A stretch of DNA of 63,575 nt, counting the filler, from Octopus bimaculoides (taxonomy: Eukaryota), in NCBI RefSeq assembly GCF_001194135.2. It is 6 parts of 3 records of this genome, joined end to end, with 100 filler letters (N's around TTAATTAATTAA, not from the genome) between each part and the next. Parts side by side here need not be neighbours in the genome. Positions count along the whole stretch, not along the records: positions 15,596 to 43,994 come from NC_068983.1; positions 44,095 to 53,073 come from NC_068983.1; 4 more parts are not named here. The stretch is one strand, 5' to 3'. Shown here in pieces: positions 40,202 through 51,575 of the stretch (positions are counted from its first letter, which is position 1; every line of letters starts with the position of its first letter). The notes under the pieces are model-generated. The model saw only the letters and a list, made by a program, of their open reading frames with translations. It was not told the DNA's origin and searched no databases. Position numbers and translations under genes: made by a program.

Positions 40202-40593
40202 TTAAACTGAAGAATTAGTCAATACTTTTCCATAGAGTTCATATTTATTGTGAAGGTGTATGGCCTGGTGGTTAGGCTGTTCCAGTCACAATCTCATGAG
40301 TTCAATTCCCTGGTTGGGTGGTGTGTTGTGTTTTTGAAAAAAAACACTTCACTTCATGTTGCTCTAGTCCCCACTTTCAATCAGTGGGGAATGTTAGCCT
40401 CCTCGCCTTGTCAGCAGAGTGGCATCATTTGATGGTTAAAACAATACAAAAACACATTGTGACCATCGATGTGTAACAACATCCAATAGCCTGGTCAGTC
40501 ACGTGATCACATATTTATTACACTTTAATTTTGAAGTCACTATCAAACCTTTTCTTGTATGATAAAGATTTATGTAGAGAATTTTTTTTTTAC

Positions 40594-40713
40594 CATTTCT
40601 ACCCATGTATTTGCACTGATGGACAGTTCTAGACACTCTACAAAATGCCACCAATGTCGAGGAACATACAGCACTTGACCAGCTTCAAGAGTGACCACAT
40701 ATGGATGGCAGGC
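40594..40713 (-). CDS. HSPBAP1: JmjC exon (ACHPYVVTLEAGQVLYVPRHWWHFVECLELSISANTWVEM)
   Basis: TTACAG acceptor, GTAAAA donor, 120 nt, phase 0/0. VPRHWWH carries the distal His ligand. Confidence 0.95.
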
Positions 40714-41104
40714 CTGTAAGAGAGAAAGCATAGATTAACATCAGTGTATTTGAACAGAAACAACTGTGCCATTTGGAGGAGGAGAGAAGGCGAAGTGGTG
40801 GTGGAAGAGGAGGAANNNNNNNNNNNNNNNNNNNNNNNNNNNNNNNNNNNNNNNNNNNNNNNNNNNNNNNNNNNNNNNNNNNGGTGGTGACATCAAAAGT
40901 AGCAGCAGAGGAGGAAGAGAGAGAAGGAGTGGAAGATGGAGGAGATGGTGGTGGCAGCAGAAGTGGAGGGAGGAGGAGGAGATAGGAGGGGGTGAGGTGG
41001 AGGTGAGGAGGATAAGGCAGATCAGGAAGAGGAGGAGGAGGAAAGATATAAAAAGCAATGTTGTTTTTCCAAAACTCAAATAAAAACTAATGAGGAACCG
41101 TTAC

Positions 41105-41237
41105 CTTAAATTTTGGATGCTTCCAGATATCAGGCATCTTTATATTAACCTCACTGAATACACTGGATTCTTCATAAGGAATTCTTGTTGGATACAGCTT
41201 GTCACTGTCTTCAGGAGGAAACAGGATCCAACGCTTT
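41105..41237 (-). CDS. HSPBAP1: JmjC exon (RKRWILFPPEDSDKLYPTRIPYEESSVFSEVNIKMPDIWKHPKFK)
   Basis: CTCAG acceptor, GTAACG donor, 133 nt, phase 2 to 0. LYPTRIPYEESSVFS is the HSPBAP1 signature. Confidence 0.95.
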
Positions 41238-41344
41238 CTGAGATGAAACAATTACAAGTTAAATAAACGACTGTTCCTTCATCAATGTCACAGAAACTAA
41301 ACTTCAATAGAAATATTTATCTCTTCTCTTTTATTATCATCGTG

Positions 41345-41699
41345 GAGGCGCAATGGCCCAGTGGTTAGGGCAGCGGGCTCGATTCCCAGACCGGGCGTTG
41401 TGAGTGTTTGTTGAGCGAAAACACTTAAAGCTCCACGAGGCTCCGGCAGGGGATGGTGGCAAACCTTGCTGTACTCTTTCACCACAACTTTCTCTCACTC
41501 TTACTTCCTGTTTCTGTTGTGCCTGTAATTCAAAAGGCCAGCCTTGTCATACTCTGTGTCACACTGAATATCCCCGAGAACTACGTTAAAGGTACATGTG
41601 TCTGTGGAGTGCTCAGCCACTTGCACGTTAATTTCACGAGCAGGCTGTTCCATTGATCGGATCAACTGGAACCCTCGTCGTCATAAGCAACGGAGCGCC
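41345..41699 (+). mobile_element. tRNA-headed SINE family B
   Basis: An inverted near-identical copy lies at ~47277-47648, with a relative at ~19510-19780. Confidence 0.8.
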
Positions 41700-41755
41700 A
41701 ACATTTATTATCATCATCATTTAACGTCTGTTTTCCATGCTGGCATGGGTTAGAT

Positions 41756-42028
41756 CAGTGGTTTCCAAAGTGGGCAGTACTGCCCCCTGGGAGCAGTGGA
41801 AAGTTCTAATGGGCGCTGAAGAAAGGTGGGACGATAATGGGGTAACGATTCATGTAAAAATAACAAAACAATGGGTACATTAGGCTAAATTTTATTTGTG
41901 AAATACGGTTGCTTTGAATTTGCTTGAGAAATAGGTCTATGTTTGTGATGGTTAGTTGGAGTGGGGGTGCTAGGAATGTGGCCTGCGTGTCAAGGGGGCG
42001 ACAGCCCAAAATTGTTTGGGAACCACTT
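41756..42028. mobile_element. hAT-like MITE nested in an RTE-tail repeat
   Basis: TIR cagtggtttccaaa / aagtggttcccaaa; 8-bp TSD ggttagat / ggttggat. Confidence 0.75.
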
Positions 42029-42564
42029 GGTTGGATGGTATGACTGAAACTGGTAAGCCAGAGAGCTGCACTAGGTTCGAATCTGATTTGGCATGGTTTC
42101 TACAGATGGATGCCCTTCCTAATGCCAACTACATTATAGTGTGTGGTGGGTGCTTTTTATGTGCCACCAGCATGAATGCCAATTACGTGACACTGGCATC
42201 GGCTACAACAGTGCTGTCACTTGGCTTGACAAGTCTTTTCAAACATGCAGTCATTGGACTGTGGTCATGCTGGTGCATTACTCTTCAAATCAAACAAATC
42301 AGCCCCAGCACTTATTTTATTTTTTAAAAGTCTGGTACTTATTCTATCAGTCTCATTTGCCAAGCTGCTATGTTATGGGAGATGTAATCAAGCCAACATT
42401 GGGTGTCAAGTGGTGGTGGTGGTAGTTGGACAAACACAGCTACAAAGAACCCACACATCAATATACATACATACATCGTGATCGGGAGCAGAGAAAGTGT
42501 ACAACTATGAGGTATATCTAATCCTGTGGGTGGTTGGTAGGTAGATATATACATGCATATACAT

Positions 42565-42656
<92 letters not shown>

Positions 42657-42862
42657 GTATGTAGCTTAGTTTTTCCTTGGGGCTGGCCAGCAATATCGAG
42701 AATAACTAGCCAAAATTGCAAGGATAATCTGGATCTCGACTGAAGAGAGAAAACTCCGAATGACCTGTCCGTTACATATCTACGTCGGCTCATGTCTCAG
42801 CCTTTTAGCTTTTATACATGTAAAATGTAGAATAATTATACAAGTGGAAATAAAAGACTAAC

Positions 42863-42999
42863 CTTCCATGAAGCTGTGCCACAAGGTTGAAACCATAAGT
42901 GTCATAATGGCAGCAGGTGTGAGCACCTCTGGTGCCAATCCATAAAGTGGACTGGTAACCATCACGTTCACCAACACCAAATTGACTCCAATCAAAAGC
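42863..42999 (-). CDS. HSPBAP1: JmjC exon (AFDWSQFGVGERDGYQSTLWIGTRGAHTCCHYDTYGFNLVAQLHG)
   Basis: TTTAG acceptor, GTTAGT donor, 137 nt, phase 0 to 2. Contains the HxD iron-binding motif and matches HSPBAP1 STLWIGSLGAHTPCHLDSYGCNLV (recalled). Confidence 0.92.
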
Positions 43000-43058
43000 C
43001 TAAACAAAGAACAATACACAATTGTGTGTTAAAAACATGAAAGCAAATATAGGCACAG

Positions 43059-43440
43059 ATGTGGCTGTGTGGTAAGAAGTTTGCTTCCCAACCACATGGT
43101 TCTGGGTTCAGTCTCACTGCGTGACACCTTGAGCAAGTGTCTTCTACTATATCTTCAGGTTGACCAAAGCCTTGTGAGTGGATTTGGTAGATGGAAACTG
43201 AAAGAAGCCATCTACCAAATCATATATATATATCTGTGTGTGTGTGTGTCCCAATCACTGCTTGATAACCGGTGTTGGTGAGTTTACATACCCATAACAT
43301 TAGCAGTTCGGCAAAAGACACCAATAGAATAACTACTAGGCTTAAAAGAAATAAGTCCTAGGGTCAATTTGTTTGGCTAAAAGCCTTCAATGAGGTGCTC
43401 CAGCAGGGCCACAGTCAAATGACTAAAACAAGTAAAAGAG
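43059..43440 (+). mobile_element. tRNA-headed SINE family D (gtggctgtgtggtaagaagtttgcttccc...)
   Basis: Many copies, e.g. ~39060-39345, 46370-46640, 47985-48540, 59822-60064 and 60965-61335. Confidence 0.8.
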
Positions 43441-43666
43441 TAAATATATACCTTTTAATTGTTTCATCCATTGGACTGTAGCCATGCTGGAGCACCACCT
43501 TGAAGGGTTAAGTCAAACAAATCAGCCCCAGTACTTATTTTTTAAAGCCTTGTACTTATTTTATAAGTCTCTTTTGCTGAATTGCTAAGTTACTGGGACA
43601 TAAGTAAACCAACACCGATTGGCAAAGCACTGGGAGACAAACACAACACAGACACACACATGTATG

Positions 43667-43699
<33 letters not shown>

Positions 43700-43709
43700 C
43701 TGTCATACC

Positions 43710-43749
43710 GGCCATGACGAAGGGAAATAGCCCTGAAACTCGAGTCGCC
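43710..43749 (+). ncRNA. Degenerate minimal type I hammerhead motif (Penelope-like)
   Basis: GGC-CAUGACGA-AGGG AAAUAG CCCU-GAAAC UCGA GUC-GCC. One extra A in the core. Confidence 0.45.
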
Positions 43750-44224
43750 TTTATATATTTATATATTTGATCCTTTATATTGAACACTCAATATTTCATC
43801 TACATTCAATACTTTCTTTCATGGTGCCATCCATTTTTATTTTATTTTATTTTATATTGTAAATTGTATATTATATTATATATTGTATATTCCATATTCT
43901 ATACCCCACATTAGTTCTGCAGGAATATAAATAAAACAAAAAAAACAGACAGTGTTGGAACTCTTTTAAACAAAATAATATCATCATCATCATCNNNNNN
44001 NNNNNNNNNNNNNNNNNNNNNNNNNNNNNNNNNNNNNNTTAATTAATTAANNNNNNNNNNNNNNNNNNNNNNNNNNNNNNNNNNNNNNNNNNNNACAAGG
44101 TTAAAAAATACCCAATCTTTCTGCTGTGCCTGATGAGTTAGGTTCAATGAATGAGCCTACAAGACATTAGCTTACGGAGAATAGGGAGGGCATGAAGCCA
44201 TAAAAAAAACCCTGTCGAAACAGA

Positions 44225-44391
44225 GGCATAACTACAGGGTTTTACCCCCCAGACTTTGGGAGGTCATAACTTTCAGAAAAATGAATATTTTTTAATGAAA
44301 TTTTCTATGCATATAGTATTTACTATGTAGAATCAGAATATACAAAACACGACCTCCCAAAGTCTGGGGTGTAAAACCCTGTAGTTATGCC
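44225..44391. mobile_element. MITE with 41-bp TIRs starting GG and a perfect 8-bp TSD (Merlin-like)
   Basis: TIRs differ at 1 of 41 positions; TSD gaaacaga at 44217-44224 and 44392-44399. Confidence 0.85.
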
Positions 44392-44527
44392 GAAACAGAC
44401 ACAGAAGTTTGGTGCAGGTTTCTGCCTGACCGGCCCCCTGTCAAACTGTCCCACCCATTAAGATGGACGTAATTAATGCCGCCAAGCATTTTGCTCTGCA
44501 TGCTAACGATTCTGCCAGCTCGCCGCC

Positions 44528-44584
<57 letters not shown>

Positions 44585-44585
<1 letters not shown>

Positions 44586-45104
44586 AACAGGCATGATAGA
44601 GCTGCACAATATATTCACTGGGTAATATGCAAAAACCTGGACTTGCCCCATGATAAAAACTGGTGGGAACACAAACCACCCCCAGTACTTGAAAATGATC
44701 ACATTGCACTCCTCTGGAACTTCACCATTCAAACTGACAGAAAGATNNNNNNNNNNGAAAACAATACCTATTGTCATAGGTGCCCTGGGAATGACAGCGA
44801 AACGGGCTGATTACTACCTAGCTCAGATACCAGGAAACCCCAAAATGGCTGAAGTTCAAAAGATAGTGCTCATGGGAACTGCCCATATCCTACGTAAAAT
44901 ACTGTCTATGTGATCTCAAATTTTAAAGCAAACATAATTTTCTTATGGTTTCTTAAACATTCACTTGAACAAAATTGTACAAACCCAAATATATGGTACC
45001 CTAGGCATAACACCTACATGAACTTCTAACTTGTTGTCTCTTGAGGTCTCTGGGTGAGACTTGGATCCAACTTGTACAAATGCAAAACAAAAGTCAAACA
45101 TAAA
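44585..45104 (+). mobile_element. 5'-truncated R4/Dong-clade LINE in a (TAA)n tract
   Basis: RHDRAAQYIHWVICKNLDLP...LLWNFTIQTDRK...PIVIGALG...LMGTAHILRKILSM*, with (TAA)n on both flanks. Confidence 0.85.
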
Positions 45105-46244
45105 ATAATAATAATAATAATAATAATAAACCTTTCTACTATAGGCACAAGGTCTGAAATTTGGTGGGAGGGAGCTAGTTGATTAGATATGACCCAGTAC
45201 GCAACTGGTATTTAATATATCAACTCCGAAAGAATGAAAAGCAAAGTCGACCTCGGCGGAATTTGAACTCAGAACGTAAAGACACACGAAAGACCACTAA
45301 GCATTTCGCCCGGTGTGCTAACGTTTCTGCGAGCTCACCGCCATAATAATAATAATAATAATGATGATTTTAATAACAACAAAAATAATAACAGGTTTGC
45401 TTGTCAGTTGTTTGACCTTAACCAGTTGAGCATGTCCCTTGGTGGCTGACGATATGTGCATCTCTGATCACTAGCAGAAGTGGTGGGGGAGCATCATAGC
45501 CATGTGTTGAGAGGAGTTCTTTGGGGTTTGAATAATTCACCTCCGGAATCATGGGTGTCTTGTTTCATCCCTAAACAACCCTAATTCAGGAACCTTTTGA
45601 ACGGGATGGGCTACTTAACCTGAAGAAAATTCTAACTGCAAGATCATGCACTATTTATCTCGATATAAGGTCACCATGTCGCGCACGTATGGTTGTGATG
45701 CATGTGCCTGGTGTACCCTTATCAGACGGGTAGTCATGATGGGTATACTGGGCTTCGTATATTTATTACCCCAGTGTCACTTTGATGGCATGTGTTGCTC
45801 TCTCACTCAATAATAATAATAATAATAATAATAAAATATGCTTAGATGAAGTCATAATTTAACTGTGAGACTGTACAAACACGAAGCAGACTGCTGTGTA
45901 AATGTATCAATACTATGAGATATTAAGCTCGGTGTAACTGTACTAGAAATTAGATACAGTTGAAGCCAGTCAGCCGGTGGAGCTAGCTATATTGGTCACT
46001 GTTGATTACTAAAAGAACAATATTAACACTGTTGATAATAATAATAGTAGTAGTAGTAAAAATTAGCCAATGAGAGGGGAGTTTTGGTGTTAGTAATCCT
46101 TGAAGTATGTTCCGGATAAAAAAAAGAAAGAAAGAAAGACCTTCCAAAGTTCTCTAAGATTTGGGATTGGTTAAATGACATTTGGAAAAATGTATCATAC
46201 ATGTAATATACACACAAATATACACCTACACAAACATATACATA

Positions 46245-46290
<46 letters not shown>

Positions 46291-46478
46291 CGTGTATGTG
46301 TGCGCGCGCACAAATACACACGCTATTATATTCTTATGTGCTTTTATCTGTTANNNNNNNNNNNNNNNNNNNNNNNTTCTATCGGGCTCTTTTTGCCAAA
46401 CCGCTAAGTTACGTTGACGTAAACATACCACCAGCATCGGTTGTCAAGCGATGGTAGGGAACAAGTAGAGACACACAA

Positions 46479-46536
<58 letters not shown>

Positions 46537-48244
46537 ATACATACATATGAAGGGCTTCTTTCAGTTTCCGTTTACCAAATCCACTCATAAGGCGTTGGTC
46601 GGCCCGAGGCTATAGAAGACAGTTGCCCGCAGGCAAACATACACAAACGTATATATGTATACACATATGACTAACCCGTGCCAACACGGAAACGGACGTT
46701 AAATGATAATATATATATATATACATGTGTGTGTGTGTGTGTGTGTGTGAACATCAATCGTGCATCTATATATGTATGTGTGTACACATACATAGATATA
46801 CAGGGTGTCCACAAAGTCTGGGTACAGGGAGTAAATAAAATCATAACATAAACAATTAAATATAAGAAATAACAATTTCTTGAAGTATGTGTTAATCCCC
46901 GTGTACACCTTGACGTTCTGAGTTCAAATTCTGCTGAGGTTTGACTTTGCCTTTCATCCTTTTGTGGGGTCAATAACTTAATAGTGGAACACTGGGGGGG
47001 GGGGGGTCAATGTAATCGATTAGTCCCCTCGCCACCAAATTTCAGGCCTTGGGCCTTTAATAGAAGGGATCATTTATAGCTTTATGATAAGTAGAAGCTA
47101 CAGAGAGATAGATAAATGTGATAAGGTGCCCAAGTGGCCCCTCTCTCTCTACCTTGAAGATATGCCCTGCCCAATCTTCACTACTACCATCTCTCTCTCT
47201 CCTCTGATTAAGGTAGTCAAGTAAGTAGCTTATCCCTTGCAAGATACCTGTTCTTGTCCATCTTGTTGTTGGCACTCTGTCGCTTATGACGTCGAGGGTT
47301 CCAGTTGATCCGATCAACGAAACAGCCTGCTCGTGAAATTAACGTGCAAGTGGCTGAGCACTCCACAGACACGTGTACCCTTAACGTAGTTCTCGGGGGG
47401 ATATTCAGCATGACACAGTGTGTGACAAGGCTGACCCTTTGAATTACAGGCACAACAGAAAACAGGAAGTAAGAGAGAGAGAAAGTTGTGGTGGAAGAGT
47501 ACAGCAGGGTTCGCCACCATCCCCTGCCGGAGCCTCGTGGAGCTTTAGGTGTTTTTCGCTCAATAAACACTCACAACGCCCGGTCTGGGAATCGAAACTG
47601 CGATCCTATGACCGCGAGTCCGCTGCCCTAACCACTGGGCCATTGCATCTCCACCCTTGTCCATCTATTCATACCTTAAAGCTCACACCACCTGGCACAA
47701 AGCAACCTTCCCCAACAGCACTCCCCAACTCAATCAGTGGGGGAGGCCGTTTTTGTCTGGCAAGTTCCCTGTTGCTTTCACTGATGCTGGAGTCTTAAAA
47801 AGAGCCCAGTTACACACTGTAAAATGGTTCGTATTAGGAAGAGCAACCAGCCATAGAACCATGCCAAAACAGGCAGAAGAACTCGGCGCAGTGTTCTGAC
47901 TCGCCAGCTTTTGTCAAACCAGCCAACTCATGCCAGCATAGAAAAGAGGACATTGAATAATGATGGCTCTTAATGCGTGCATTTATTCTTTTACTACATG
48001 TTTCAGTCATTTGATTGTGGCCATACTGGAGCACCACCTTAAAGGATTTTTTAGTTGAAGAAATCGACCTCAGGACTTATTCTATCGGTCTATTTCACTG
48101 AACTGCTAAGTTATGGGGACGTAAACACACCAACATTGGTTGTCAAGTGATGGTGAAGAGACAAACACAGACACATACAAATATATATATAAATATGTGA
48201 TCTTCTTCTAGCACATTAACAGTCCACCTAGTGGTCTCCTTTAT

Positions 48245-48286
<42 letters not shown>

Positions 48287-48792
48287 GCAACAGGCTTTTT
48301 TCAGTTTACACACAAACATATATATATATATATATATATATATAGGACAGGATATATATATATATATAATATATATATATATGCAACAGGCTTCTTTCAG
48401 TTTCTGTCAACCAAATCCACTCACAAGGCTTTGGTTGGCCCAAGGCTATATAGTAGAAGAAACCTGCCCAAGATGACATGCAGTGGGGCTGAACCCAGAA
48501 CCACGTGTTTTTTGGAAGCAAGCTTCTTACCACGCAGCTAAACCTGTGCCTGATATGTGTTCTATATCTTTTTTTTTTCCTTTTTGTGAATCATTAAGTT
48601 ATGCTAATTGAAGCTTGACCAGTTTGTTTTTAACGAACGCAGTCAAGGACACTAAGGCAGATACACACATAATTTAACACAATATGACATCTGGACCAGA
48701 ACAAACACTGATCGAGAAAATACGTCAACAAGTATATTCCTAGTCGTAAACATTCACAGACGCAATAATAACTTTTTTTTTATACTTGTTTC

Positions 48793-49394
48793 GGATCTTT
48801 TTTAAAACGGGGGCCACATTTTTCATTAATGTTTTACGTAGTGTTTTTGGTACCGAAAGACTTTCAAACTTCGTATACTTATCTATTTTGTGTTATAGAA
48901 CAGAAAAATATTTTTGTATTCGAATTTATTTCATGTAAAAAATTGTCTTATTTCGATAATTTCAACCAATCACTGACGTCCATTCAGCCGATATACATTA
49001 AGTGCCGACTACATAAACAAACGATTCTTCGTTTTATTTGCTTTTTTCATTTTAAATTTGCTTTAACCCTAACCCTAACCCTAACTCTAACCCTAACCCT
49101 AACCCTAACCCTAGGGTTAGGGTTAGGGTTAGAGTTAGGGTTAGGGTTAGGGTTAATTGTTTCAGAATCGTTTGTTTATGTAGTCGGTGCTTAATGTATA
49201 TCGGCTGAATGGACGTTAGTGATTGGTTGAAATTACAGAAATACGACAACTTTAACATGGAATAATTTATGGATTTCTTTTTTTTTTAAGAAGACTAAGA
49301 GAAAAAGATGTTTTATATGACACATTCTACCAGTGTTCCAAGTTTCAAAGTGTTTCGTTAATGAAAAATGTGGCCCCCGTTTTAAAAAAGATCC
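48793..49394. mobile_element. Foldback MITE with a palindromic telomeric-repeat core
   Basis: ~37-bp TIRs (ggatcttttttaaaacgggggccacatttttcattaa), perfect TSD cttgtttc, a ~72-bp inner inverted repeat, and (TAACCC)8-TA-(GGGTTA)7. Confidence 0.9.
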
Positions 49395-51542
49395 CTTGTT
49401 TCAGCCATTGGACAATGGCCATGCTGCAGCACAACCTCAAAGAAGTTTTAGTCAAATGAACTAACCCTTGTAATTATTATTTTTTTTAAAGCCTGGTACT
49501 TCTTTTATTGGATCATTTTGCCAAACTTGCTAAGTTATGGATTAACACACCAACACCGGTTGTAAGGCAATAGTGAGGAACAAACAGAGACACACACATA
49601 CGTTCATTGACAAAAACTACACATTCACACATTTATATATATAGGGCAGGGAATCGTCAATTAGTAATAAAATTAATAATTAACAATTTTGCCGGGTAGC
49701 TCAGTATGAAAAAACCTTTATCGGTAAAACCATTTATAATCATAAATATACAGGGATTAGCAGAAGCCTGCTTCTCCAACATACTGAGAATTCAGAAATA
49801 GCAGTCAAAGAACTACTGATTCCAAACTATACATTTTTTTTCTCTAATGGATGGCGATATTTATGGCACACACAGAACAAAAAACAGAAGAGAAGAGTAA
49901 AAACAAACCTGCCTTTAGTTAATTGGGTACGACATTTCACGGTTAAGGGTATGAATTCCCCTATTCCGATCTTCAGCCTCAGTATTCGAATAAATTTGCT
50001 AATGTCTAAATAACTCACGTTAATTTTGACCATGCGACATCAAGACCACGTGAGGCAGACACTAAGAAATTTATCGGCCAGTGAGTTTAAAACCTCTCCC
50101 CCAATGATATTTGGTTGTGTCTGGGGAGAATCATTCTGTTTCAATGCTTTATCAATTAACCGGTGGAGCACTAAGAGCACCGTCCGAGTGTGATCATTGC
50201 CAGAGCAGCTGTCTGGCTTCCGTGCCAGTGGCACGTAAATAGCACCATTCGAGCGTGATCGTTACCAGCTTCGCCTTACTGGCACATTAAAAAGCATTTG
50301 AGCAAGATCAATGCCAGTGGTGCCTGACTGGCTCCTGTGCAGCAGGTAGCACGTAAAATACACCATTTTGAGCGTGGCCATTGCCAGTACCGCCTGACTG
50401 GCCTTCGTGCTGGTGGCACGTAAAAGCACCCACTACACTCTCGGAGTGGTTGGCGTTAGGAAGGGCATCCAGCTGTAGAAACTCTGCCAGATCAGATTGG
50501 AGCCTGGTGTAGCCATCTGGTTCGCCAGTCCTCAGTCAAATCGTCCAACCCATGCCAGCATGGAAGGCGGACGTTAAACGATGATGATGANNNNNNNNNN
50601 CGTCCAACCCATGCCAGCATGGAAGGCGGACGTTAAACGATGATGATGATGATGAATTAATTGTTTATGTTATGATTTTATTTACTCCATGTACCCACAT
50701 GGGGATTAACACATACTTTAAGAAATTATTATTTCTTACTCTCTGAGTGGTTGGTGTTAGGAAGGGCATCCAGCTGTAGAAACTCTGCCAGATCAGATTG
50801 GAGCCTGGTGTAGCCATCTGGTTCGCCAGTCCTCAGTCAAATCGTCCAACCCATGCCAGCATGGAAGGCGGACGTTAAACGATGATGATGACACACACCA
50901 GTTTGATTTCGACTAGTTTACTTCTATTTTTTCCTATAATTTTCATTGCTTCTTGCAACCTCTTCAATAGTCATTGACTATCCATTATTGGAACTGCTTT
51001 CTTTCTGTTTGTTTGTGTGTGTGTGTGCATTAGTATGCATGTGTATACACATATGTATGTATATATGTTTGTATGTATGTATTTTGCATATTCAGGTGTT
51101 TGTATGTGTATTCATGTGCATACCTCTTTCTCTTTGTGTGCGTGTTTGAGTGTGGCTATATACATGGGTCTTATGTATGGATGCGTGTCTCCATGTGTTC
51201 ATGTGTGTGTGTGTGTGGAGAGTGTGCATGTATATGTGGTCATGTGTTTCTGTCTCCTTTTGTGTGTGTGTGTGTGTGTGTGTTTGTCTGTATTACCTAT
51301 GTACCTACCTATCTAATTACATAGCCATTTACCTACCTATGAATTTATATATATATTAGCCTACATAAATACAAAAACAAAGTGTGCATGTGTGTGTATG
51401 TGTCACGGAATTTTGTCAGTGAACAGGTCACGGTGTCAAAGCGGTGAAAATATTTTGGCAAATTAAATTTAAATGTTGAAGTGAATCTAACAGTCTTTGT
51501 GTGTTATTTTAAATAGCTTATAAACACCTCCCACGCTGCAAT

Positions 51543-51575
<33 letters not shown>

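Noticed and set aside
49064-49155. Ancient telomere-telomere fusion site
   Set aside because: The orientation is wrong for a fusion, and the array lies inside a TSD-flanked transposon.
50542-50890. Triplicated RTE-tail end
   Set aside because: Identical copies around a 10-N gap suggest assembly overlap.
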